From positions 360-64,359 of the forward strand of contig JAJDEG010000313.1 of NCBI GenBank assembly GCA_029259895.1: a stretch of 64,000 nucleotides of DNA, given 5' to 3'. The translations under genes and the position numbers were made by a program. Below are positions 9,553-17,725 of the stretch, in pieces. The notes below the pieces were generated by a model. The model ran no database searches. It was not told where the DNA came from and worked only from the letters and a program-made list of their open reading frames with translations. Numbering within the stretch: the stretch's first letter is position 1; every line of letters starts with the position of its first letter. The stretch is from Planctomycetota bacterium (lineage in GTDB: Bacteria > Planctomycetota > Planctomycetia > Pirellulales > PLA5).

Positions 9553-10850
9553 GCGGTAGGAACACCTGCGTCGCGGCGACGATCGAGGCCAATTACTTCA
9601 TCGTAGACTGCGGCAACGTTTTGCATTCGACGCGAAAAGCTGTACCGCTCTTCAATCGTTGCTCGCCCCGAATGAGACAAGCGATTGCGTAGTTCCTCTC
9701 GAAGATACAGCCGGCGGATGCTCGTCGACAGCGCAGTTGCGTCGTCCGGACTTACGAGAATCCCGTTCTCTTCATTCGCGATGAGATTCGGCAAGCCCGC
9801 GATACTCGTGGCGATGACTGGCACTTCCATAGCCATCGCTTCAAGAACCACATTCGGCAATCCTTCGCGCCGACTGCTCAACACGAAGGCGTCCATCGCT
9901 TCGTACCAGCACGCCGTATCGGCGCGAAATCCAAGAAGAGAAATGCGGTCCGTTTGACCAAGTGATCGGATGAGTTCACTAAGAGGCCCGTATTCGTCAC
10001 CATCACCGATAATCGCCAGCCCGACATCGCATCCGTTGCGAACGAGCGAGTCAACCGCTCGAATGAGCAAGTCAAAACCCTTTTCGTGCGAAAGGCGCCC
10101 GACCGCGCCAATCAAGAAGCGGCCGTTCAATCCGAGAGATCGTTTGGCCTCGTCGGCGCTTCGACGTCGGCGAAACTCCGTCGTATCGATCGCATTTTCG
10201 ATGAGGACGCAACGCTCGCGACGAACCCCCAACCTCAAGCAACGTTCGAGTAAGTCCGGCGATACGCAGATCACCTTGTCGTAGCGCGGAAGGCACCAAC
10301 GGTCGACGGCGTAGTACAATGGGGTCTTGCGGGTGTGTCGCACCCAACCGTGAACCGTCGTCACCAGCTTCATGGGCCAACGGCGGCGCGCCCACAGACC
10401 GGCCAAATTACTCTTGTAGTCGTGCCCGTGCCAAATGGCTACGTTCTCCGTTTGGCAAACATTTCTCAACCTTCCGACGACCGATAGATCGAAGGGACCA
10501 CGGTCTGAAATCGAAACGATTCGCGTTTGCCGCTGCTCGGCGCGCTGGCGTATCGAATCGAACCCCGCATCGCTCGGCGGGTGCATATAGGCGCAAACGG
10601 CACGATACCCCAACTCGGGAAGAAAACTCGGCGAATTCAGAATTGTCTTGTCGGGTCCGCCGCCGGTGCCGCACACGACTCGCGTATGTAGCACGACGGG
10701 CAGGTCGCGCCGTCCTATGAGCGCGGTAGGCGCGGACGGATCCTCCGGCCACAGACGTTCGTTCTCGGGAATGGTAGTGCCGTCCACGGATGTTTTTCGC
10801 GATGCTACGAACACGTTGCCGCGGCCTGAACCGAATCGTCGCGACGACAA
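9549..10850 (-). CDS. glycosyltransferase family 4 (GT-B)
   Basis: 433 aa with GGGPDKTILN near the N-terminus and the C-terminal pattern EGLPNVVLEAMAMEVPVIATSIAGLPNLI (E-x7-E). The ORF-track start is TTG at 10850. GTG at 10814 or 10787 are alternative starts. Confidence 0.85.
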   Translation of the reverse strand: MSSRRFGSGRGNVFVASRKTSVDGTTIPENERLWPEDPSAPTALIGRRDLPVVLHTRVVCGTGGGPDKTILNSPSFLPELGYRAVCAYMHPPSDAGFDSIRQRAEQRQTRIVSISDRGPFDLSVVGRLRNVCQTENVAIWHGHDYKSNLAGLWARRRWPMKLVTTVHGWVRHTRKTPLYYAVDRWCLPRYDKVICVSPDLLERCLRLGVRRERCVLIENAIDTTEFRRRRSADEAKRSLGLNGRFLIGAVGRLSHEKGFDLLIRAVDSLVRNGCDVGLAIIGDGDEYGPLSELIRSLGQTDRISLLGFRADTACWYEAMDAFVLSSRREGLPNVVLEAMAMEVPVIATSIAGLPNLIANEENGILVSPDDATALSTSIRRLYLREELRNRLSHSGRATIEERYSFSRRMQNVAAVYDEVIGLDRRRDAGVPTA

Positions 10851-12043
10851 CTCGACGAACGATAACGAATGATGTCGGCGAACTCAGCGGCTTTTGCCGC
10901 CCAATCCTCGTTCTCGAGACGGTGTCTCGCCGCGGCCTGCGCTGCCGGAATGCCACCACCGAGCCGCTTACGGACCATCGAGGAAAACTCAACCGGCGTT
11001 TTCACTACGTCGAGACAATCCGCCCAAGGTCGCGTGGAGGGCAGGTCGCGCGCTACGACCGGAAGACCCGTGGCCATATACTCCTTGAGCTTCAGCGGCT
11101 GCATTGCGCGTGTCACTTCAGCGTCTGCATAAGGCATAATGAGCACGGACGATGCTTGCGCCAGTGCGGGCAGGGTCTCATAGCCCACGGCCGGAACGTG
11201 TACTACTCTTGGCAATTGCAACAGGCGCGGATCGGGATTGTCTCTAGGCCCGACCAATAGGATCGTGCCCTCTACCATGTCGCTTGCCAGTCGTTCGACG
11301 AACCCGACGTCCATGCGGCGGTCGATGAGGCCCCAAAACGTGATCCACGGCCGAGCCAATTCAGCCACTTCCGCTGGCGGCGGCGTGCATCCGGAACCTT
11401 GCCAATGCGATAAGTCGACGCCGTGCGTCAGTAGAGCCGCTTCGCGCCCAGCGCGGCCAATACGTTCGCGCAAGTGTTCGCTCACCGCAACGATCGCGTC
11501 GACCCTCTCGATGAGAACCTGCTCCATCGCGTCCATCGTGCGTTGATCGACTCCAGGCCAGGCGCCGAAATCATCGACGCAATAGTACACCCAACGCTCG
11601 ATCGGCAAAGCCCCGACCAAATCGGCTGTAATGGGCAACGTCGTAACGGCCGCAACCGGCTGAGGCATTTCGCGCACGATCTGCGAAAGCTTGCCGACGA
11701 GCAACCGACGGTTGAGCCATCGGTCGTGGCGTCGTCGAAACCACGGCCACATGACGGGCGACACCACCTTCAAATTTCGCGGCAAAATACGACGGTCGTC
11801 CGAACTCCGCGTCCAATGCGAAACCTTCTCCATCGCGCGGCGAATGGTCGCCCAAGTCAACCGCGGCGTTTGCGTCCCAATCGTGTTCACCCAACAGACG
11901 GGCCACATTTCGAGAAGCTCGCGCACCAGATGCTGGCAGCTACTCGGATGTCGGCCCCAGTCGTCGGCGAAGACGAGCAGCGACGCCGGCTCACCTCGGC
12001 CGTCGTCGTTCTCCGGTTTCGACGTTGTTCTATCGTCGGACAC
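10805..12043 (-). CDS. glycosyltransferase (GT-B, GT1/GT4-like)
   Basis: 412 aa with LLVFADDWGRHPSSCQHL at the N-terminus and a C-terminal Rossmann half (SVLIMPYADAEVTRAMQPLKLKEYMATGLPVVA). GTG start, with a 14-nt overlap onto the upstream gene end. Confidence 0.65.
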   Translation of the reverse strand: MSDDRTTSKPENDDGRGEPASLLVFADDWGRHPSSCQHLVRELLEMWPVCWVNTIGTQTPRLTWATIRRAMEKVSHWTRSSDDRRILPRNLKVVSPVMWPWFRRRHDRWLNRRLLVGKLSQIVREMPQPVAAVTTLPITADLVGALPIERWVYYCVDDFGAWPGVDQRTMDAMEQVLIERVDAIVAVSEHLRERIGRAGREAALLTHGVDLSHWQGSGCTPPPAEVAELARPWITFWGLIDRRMDVGFVERLASDMVEGTILLVGPRDNPDPRLLQLPRVVHVPAVGYETLPALAQASSVLIMPYADAEVTRAMQPLKLKEYMATGLPVVARDLPSTRPWADCLDVVKTPVEFSSMVRKRLGGGIPAAQAAARHRLENEDWAAKAAEFADIIRYRSSSCRRDDSVQAAATCS

Positions 12044-13211
12044 GCGCTAGCTCCTCGTAATGAGCCGCGTATGCGGACGTCATTTGCGATAGCGTAAACA
12101 TTGCTTCCGCGCGACGGCGTCCCTCTTCGCCCATCGACTGGCGAGTACCCGACGAGCCGGCCAATTCGACGAGCGCGGTCGCCAACGCCGCCGCATCGCC
12201 AGACGCGGCAAGACGGCCCGTCTCGCCGTCGATTACGACCTCCCCAACGCCGCCGACCCGCGTCGATACGATCGGCACCCGAGCCGCCATCGCCTCGATC
12301 AGTGTCACCGGTATGCCTTCGCTGATACTCGTCAGCAAAAACGCGTCCGCGGCGCCGAGCAGTCGCGGCACGTCGCGCCGCAGGCCCATCATCCGCACGC
12401 GCTCACCCACGCCCAGGCGGGCGATCTCCGCGCGAATGCCCGGCTCCTCCGGTCCTTCCCCGGCAATCAACAACATCGTGTTCGGCGCTTGCGGCAACGT
12501 CGCCGCCAGTGTCCGAATTGCCGTGCAGTGATCCTTGAGCGCATCGAGCCTTGCGACTTGCAGCACGGCAAAGTCGTTCTCCGACAATCCCAGCTCGCGG
12601 CGAACGGTCTCTCGCTCGTGCGTGTCCCCGCCAAAGAGTTCCACGTCGACGCCGTTGTACACGACCTCAATGCGCCGCGACGCAATGCCTTCATTCGCAA
12701 CGAGCGCCTGCTTCACGTGTTCGCCGACGGCAACGACCTGGTCGGTCGAACGCAAGAACAGTCGATTGAACAGCATCCGCTTGCGGCGCGGATAGTCGGG
12801 AAACCAGCGGCCGTGTTCCGTAAACAAAATCGGCGGACGGCGACGAAGAATCCCGCTCGCCAGGCAGTAGAAGAACGGCGTGTACTGATGGGCATGAACG
12901 ACCGCCACTTGTTGCTGTCGGAACCAGCCCGCCAGCCGCCCTGCACAACGACGATCGAGGCCCGCTCTTCGCTCGAACACTTCAACGTCACAGCGGTCGC
13001 GACGCAATTCCTCGCCCAACGTTCCGAGTTCGTCGAGACACGCAAACACGAAGCGAAACTTCGACGCAAGCGCCCGGGAAATATGCACCGCCAGCACTTC
13101 CGCGCCCCCGACGTTGAGCGAGTGCAAGACCTGACAGACAGTCGGTCGATCGTCGACGTCGCCAAGGCGGAGCGACGACGCATCGGATTCAACGATATCG
13201 CGGGAGATCAT
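12030..13211 (-). CDS. glycosyltransferase family 4, EpsH/exosortase-associated type
   Basis: VLHSLNVGGAEVL near the N-terminus and EGIPVTLIEAMAARVPIVSTRVGGVGEVV in the C-terminal half. The internal ATG at 13211 (MISRDIV...) avoids a 74-nt overlap with the asnB-like stop. Confidence 0.85.
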   Translation of the reverse strand: MISRDIVESDASSLRLGDVDDRPTVCQVLHSLNVGGAEVLAVHISRALASKFRFVFACLDELGTLGEELRRDRCDVEVFERRAGLDRRCAGRLAGWFRQQQVAVVHAHQYTPFFYCLASGILRRRPPILFTEHGRWFPDYPRRKRMLFNRLFLRSTDQVVAVGEHVKQALVANEGIASRRIEVVYNGVDVELFGGDTHERETVRRELGLSENDFAVLQVARLDALKDHCTAIRTLAATLPQAPNTMLLIAGEGPEEPGIRAEIARLGVGERVRMMGLRRDVPRLLGAADAFLLTSISEGIPVTLIEAMAARVPIVSTRVGGVGEVVIDGETGRLAASGDAAALATALVELAGSSGTRQSMGEEGRRRAEAMFTLSQMTSAYAAHYEELARVRR

Positions 13212-13245
13212 CACTTCGATGGTTGTGGTAAACGGCGGCTCGATG

Positions 13246-15117
13246 CTAGGCGATCCGGGCCGGCGAACGATCGCTCGTCGCACGTCCAAGTTCCGCAAAC
13301 TGCCGCTGACCCAATTCAAAGATCATCAGCGCCATCAACAAGTACGTGTGATTTCGGCCGCCCGAGAGGTGTCCCTCGACCGCCCTCCGAATACCGTCCG
13401 CGGAAAAATACGGCCGCTCCAGGCACTGCTCGTCGAGCAAAATGTCGCGAACGACGGGTGCCACTTCGCGCCGTAGCCACAGCCCGAGCCGTTCGTAGGG
13501 CTGATAACCGCGAAAACCGAGCTTCGCAAAAACGCGGCGGCGAAAAGACGCGATCGAAGTATGAAGCTTTCCCGCCCGCAGCGGCGCGCCCGTGTTTGCA
13601 TTCACAATATTCAAGAACCCCGGTCGATGCGCTCGCAACATATGACTCTGTATCTCGTCGCCCAGCTTGTGCTCGACGGGCGTGGCGAGCAGCAAGTCGA
13701 TGAGATCGTTGTCGAGGTACGGCAAGCGCGGTTCAACGACCGAGCGGAACTTGACCATCGAAAGGCTCGTCTCGCGCCGCAACCTTCCCGTCAAGAACAG
13801 ATGCCAGATTCGCTGCGGCGCCGGATCGATGTTCGCCAGCGGAGCAATCGCTTCGCGAAGCGTGTCGCGGGCCAGCGCCTGCATCTCGTTCTGTACGTTA
13901 GGCCGGAACACCGGTGTGTCGAGGCTGTCCATCAGGTAAGCACCGAGTCTTCGCTGTAGCCAGGTTTCCAACTCCTCCTGCGTCTGGATCGCCAGCGCCT
14001 CGGCGTCGATCGAGTAGTTGTACGCCTTGCGCATGTGCAACAGCTCGCCCGCGTGTCCGCGCAGCAGGGCCGTGATTCCCCATTCTCGATACAGCGGCAG
14101 CGTTGGCATGACGATGCACTGCGACAGGTACTGCCCATCGGTCAGGCGAACCATTTCCGAAAGGTGATCGCGAAAGCCTTCGAGAAAATTCGCCGACAAC
14201 ACGTAGTTGCGATACGGACTGCCGAGTTGCGACGTCATCGCACGCGACGCCCGATCGTCGAGACTACCCGGAACTCCGTAGCAAACCGACGTAACTCTCG
14301 ACGGCGATCCGTCGATGATTCCCAGGATCGTACGCGCGTCCAGACCACCGGAAAGAGCAAGACCGAGGCCCTCGTCGTCCGGCGTGCGGCGTCGCACGGC
14401 CGCGCCGAACAAATGATCGAGCCGATCCAGCAGGGCCTCGCCTCGCAATTGCGTCGCGGGGCGAGGATCTTCGAGCCGATGATACCGCTCCATCTCGAGT
14501 CGGTCCGTCTGGGCGTCGTAAGTGAACCACGCGCCGGCAGGCAACACGCGGGCATCCGTTTGCGATGTTTCGTCGCCGAAATAATGTCCGAACGTAAAGA
14601 ATTGAGAAAGTCCCTTAAGGTTAACTTCGCCCGGCGAAACACCGCCGGCGATCAGCGCCGCAATGCTCGACGCGAACGCGAAACGGCCGTCGCGGTGGAC
14701 GTAGTACAGCGGTCGCGACCCAAACCGGTCGTTTATCAACGTCAATCGGCGGCGCTCTTCGTCCCAAACGGCTGCGGTGAACGAACCGTTAAGGTTCGCC
14801 AGGAAACCGCGGCCGTTGGCAGCAAAACCGTCGAGCAGACGAGCGGCGTGGCTCGCTCCAGATCGGACGATGGCCGCATCGCTGTCGTACAACTCGCCGT
14901 CGAAAATCGCCACGAGCGTCGGTTGCCCATCGCCCTCGCGGCGTGGTGCGTCTTCCGCCTCGTCGAGCGAAACGCGCGCCATCGCGGCGCACCCGCGCTC
15001 GGCGACGTAACGTTGCTCGCCGTACCAGCGATGATGCATCATCGCCGCGACCATGCGGCCTACATCGTTCTCGGCGAGACCCGAACGTGCGTCGATAATT
15101 CCACAAATGCCAGGCAT
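13246..15117 (-). CDS. asparagine synthase (glutamine-hydrolysing) family amidotransferase, paralog 1
   Basis: 623 aa. It has an N-terminal Ntn glutaminase domain, and a PP-loop (LALSGGLDARTILG) in the synthetase domain. The N-terminus reads MPGICGIID rather than the canonical MCG. Confidence 0.85.
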   Translation of the reverse strand: MPGICGIIDARSGLAENDVGRMVAAMMHHRWYGEQRYVAERGCAAMARVSLDEAEDAPRREGDGQPTLVAIFDGELYDSDAAIVRSGASHAARLLDGFAANGRGFLANLNGSFTAAVWDEERRRLTLINDRFGSRPLYYVHRDGRFAFASSIAALIAGGVSPGEVNLKGLSQFFTFGHYFGDETSQTDARVLPAGAWFTYDAQTDRLEMERYHRLEDPRPATQLRGEALLDRLDHLFGAAVRRRTPDDEGLGLALSGGLDARTILGIIDGSPSRVTSVCYGVPGSLDDRASRAMTSQLGSPYRNYVLSANFLEGFRDHLSEMVRLTDGQYLSQCIVMPTLPLYREWGITALLRGHAGELLHMRKAYNYSIDAEALAIQTQEELETWLQRRLGAYLMDSLDTPVFRPNVQNEMQALARDTLREAIAPLANIDPAPQRIWHLFLTGRLRRETSLSMVKFRSVVEPRLPYLDNDLIDLLLATPVEHKLGDEIQSHMLRAHRPGFLNIVNANTGAPLRAGKLHTSIASFRRRVFAKLGFRGYQPYERLGLWLRREVAPVVRDILLDEQCLERPYFSADGIRRAVEGHLSGGRNHTYLLMALMIFELGQRQFAELGRATSDRSPARIA

Positions 15118-15126
15118 GAAGCAATC

Positions 15127-16599
15127 CTACGAGAACGCTCGGCGCATCGAGCTATTGGAAACCGGCGTGCCGTCGATCGTGGGGGGCGACACCGTTGTGC
15201 GCTGGGTTAGCTCCTCAATGCGGGCGCGCTCGACCCAAGCGATCTCCCAAACCCAGCCCGCCGCCAATATAGCATAGGTCAGCGCGGCGACGCAGAACCG
15301 GCGCGACCCGCGTTGTCGCCATATCTCGCCGCGATGAACCACCGCCGCGGCCGCGTAAATCAATACCAGCGGCATCAGGGGCAGGTGATAGCGGGAATGT
15401 CCGAACACGGCCGTATGCACCAGACACACATAGCCAATCGTAATCAAGCAGAACCAATGAAAGCGAACGTCGGTTGGCCGCAGCACGAACCAGCCGAAGA
15501 TGCCGCCGGCCATCGCCGCAACGTAGCTGCCGAGGATGATCGCCGCGAGCATCAATACGACCGCACGATGTTCGATTCCCCAGAAGCCCCGCTGCGCGCC
15601 GGCGATCACTTCGCGCTCGAGTTGCCAGAAGTTAAAGAATTTGATCGTCGATCTCTGCGCGGTCAGGCTAGGATGCGCAAGCGCGTAGCGAAGACCATAT
15701 CGCATCGCCAGCTTATCGCGCTGGCCTTGCGTCGCCCCTTTATCTTGCGGCTCGTTGCGGGCAAGCACGGCATACCAGGATTCGTCTCCTGAGACGGTAA
15801 TCGCGTCCCACGCGCGGTACAGCGGCGTATGCTCGTAGTTGCCCATCATGAAGTTGCGTCCGCCCATCACGTCGACGGCGACGAACGTCTTCTGTAGTCG
15901 AGAGTTTCGGATCGACCACGGCGCAAGCACGACGGCGAATGCCAGCACCGCCGAGGCAATCAACGCCACGCGGCGCAACCGCGATTGCTCTTTCAGCGCC
16001 ATCCATAAGAACGCGACCAGAAACGGCGGGAACAACCACAACACGGATCGCGTCAACGACGCCAGACCGAGCGTCGCTCCCGCGGCCAAGTACCATCCAA
16101 CGCGATCCGATCGCCACGCCGTCTGCATAAGCAGACAAAACACCATCAACAGCAGCGTGAACAGCGTTTCGGTCAGAACCAGATTCGTCGTAAACACCAG
16201 CGATGGGTAAAAGCAAACGAACGCCGCGGACCATAGGGCCGTGCGATCGTCGAACAGTCGACTCGCGAGGCGATACGTGACGACCACCGTCGCCAATCCC
16301 AGGACCGCTTGAACGATCCGCACGACCGTAAAATTATCGACGCCGAAAATCCCGTAAATCGCCGCCAGCAGCGCCGGGTATAGCGGAGGGCGTATCGACG
16401 TCAATTCGCCGGACTCCGAGGAGTACGTGCCCGTTTCCACCAACTTCACCGCGATCAGCGAGAAGTGCTGCTCGTCGACCACGTACAGCGGCTCGCCGAC
16501 ACACCAAACGACGAGCGCCGCGCGCAAGAGCGCTCCGCCAAGCAGAATTAATACGAGGTGTCGATTCACTATTGCGTCTGCGTTTACGTCGGGGGCCAA
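15127..16599 (-). CDS. GT-C fold glycosyltransferase (family 39 / ArnT-PMT-like)
   Basis: 490 aa and polytopic. The N-terminal loop DEQHFSLIAVKLVETGTYS...IRPPLYPALLAAIYGIFG is typical of ArnT/PMT-type enzymes that use polyprenyl-phosphate sugars. Start is TTG at 16599 or GTG at 16569. Confidence 0.78.
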   Translation of the reverse strand: MAPDVNADAIVNRHLVLILLGGALLRAALVVWCVGEPLYVVDEQHFSLIAVKLVETGTYSSESGELTSIRPPLYPALLAAIYGIFGVDNFTVVRIVQAVLGLATVVVTYRLASRLFDDRTALWSAAFVCFYPSLVFTTNLVLTETLFTLLLMVFCLLMQTAWRSDRVGWYLAAGATLGLASLTRSVLWLFPPFLVAFLWMALKEQSRLRRVALIASAVLAFAVVLAPWSIRNSRLQKTFVAVDVMGGRNFMMGNYEHTPLYRAWDAITVSGDESWYAVLARNEPQDKGATQGQRDKLAMRYGLRYALAHPSLTAQRSTIKFFNFWQLEREVIAGAQRGFWGIEHRAVVLMLAAIILGSYVAAMAGGIFGWFVLRPTDVRFHWFCLITIGYVCLVHTAVFGHSRYHLPLMPLVLIYAAAAVVHRGEIWRQRGSRRFCVAALTYAILAAGWVWEIAWVERARIEELTQRTTVSPPTIDGTPVSNSSMRRAFS

Positions 16600-16633
16600 G
16601 GCTCAATCGTTGCGTGCGAAATCGTCATCGTCC

Positions 16634-17692
16634 CTAAAACTTCCACAGCGGCGCGACGCGCGACGGCTCCGCACCGAACCACTCGTAGAGGATCGGGACC
16701 TCCACAAACATGCACGCCACGAATGCCAGGACGCAAATGATGAGGTAGATCATCAAACCCCGTTCGCGATACAGCCGCTCGGGCGCTTGGGCCGCACTCT
16801 CGTCCTTGAGTGCGACGTGCAAGTAGTAACTGAAGAAACCGGCCATCAGCGGCACGCAGAGAATCAACTCCAAGTGGTGGCGAACGATGAAGATGCCGAG
16901 AAACAGCGCCGTTGCCGTGGCGTAGAAGAACAAGCTCACCAGCAGCTTATTCTCATCGTAGTACCGAAAACTGTTGCGATAAGCCGCGGCCGTGGACGGA
17001 TCGCCGATCGAGCGATATTCAGAGAAGCGTTTGGCTCCCATAAAGAACGCGCCGACCATCCAATACGCGATCAGCAACGACAGCGGCGGAACTGCCGTTT
17101 GGCCCGCCGCGAACCACCCCAGTCCGAGCCGGATCGGATTGTTAACCGATTCGGATACGACGTCCAGGTACGGCAGTTCCTTCGTTCGTATCGGCGGGAC
17201 GTTGTAGACCAATCCCATGAACAGCAGAAATGCCGCGGTTACGAAGAAAGCCTCGCCAACGATCCAAGCAAGCGCCAGCCCGATCGCGCCCAGTCCGAGC
17301 CATTCCGCATACGCCCACGAAAGTCGAACCCGTCCGGACGGAATGGGCCGATTCCGTTTCACCGGATGATGTTGATCGTTCTTCGCGTCGAGCACTTCAT
17401 TGATCACGTAATTGCTCGATGCAACCAGGCACGTCGCGGCCACGCCCAACGCAATCATCACCCACGAATGCGGGCCGAATAGCGCCGGCTCGTAGAAGTA
17501 CGCCAGCACGACGCCCAGCGCCATGAAGACATTCTTGCACCAATGATCTGGTCGCGCGATCGATACGTACGCCGCGATACTTGTCCACATCGACGCATTC
17601 GCGGGCGTGCCCATCGATGACCCCGCCGGCGCGGAAGCCTGCCCAGACGTCGAGATCGAAGAAAGTTGCGCTTCTTCCAAAACCTGTTTCAT
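16634..17692 (-). CDS. UbiA-family prenyltransferase, decaprenyl-phosphate phosphoribosyltransferase-like
   Basis: Polytopic, with NYVINEVLDAKNDQHHPVKRNRPIPSGRV (N-x3-D-x3-D ... R-x-RP-x-SG). ATG at 17692 (MKQVLEE...). The ORF track starts 9 nt upstream at a GTG. Confidence 0.8.
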   Translation of the reverse strand: MKQVLEEAQLSSISTSGQASAPAGSSMGTPANASMWTSIAAYVSIARPDHWCKNVFMALGVVLAYFYEPALFGPHSWVMIALGVAATCLVASSNYVINEVLDAKNDQHHPVKRNRPIPSGRVRLSWAYAEWLGLGAIGLALAWIVGEAFFVTAAFLLFMGLVYNVPPIRTKELPYLDVVSESVNNPIRLGLGWFAAGQTAVPPLSLLIAYWMVGAFFMGAKRFSEYRSIGDPSTAAAYRNSFRYYDENKLLVSLFFYATATALFLGIFIVRHHLELILCVPLMAGFFSYYLHVALKDESAAQAPERLYRERGLMIYLIICVLAFVACMFVEVPILYEWFGAEPSRVAPLWKF

Positions 17693-17725
17693 AGCGTTCA
17701 CTCGTAGCGGTTAATGCAATTCTAC

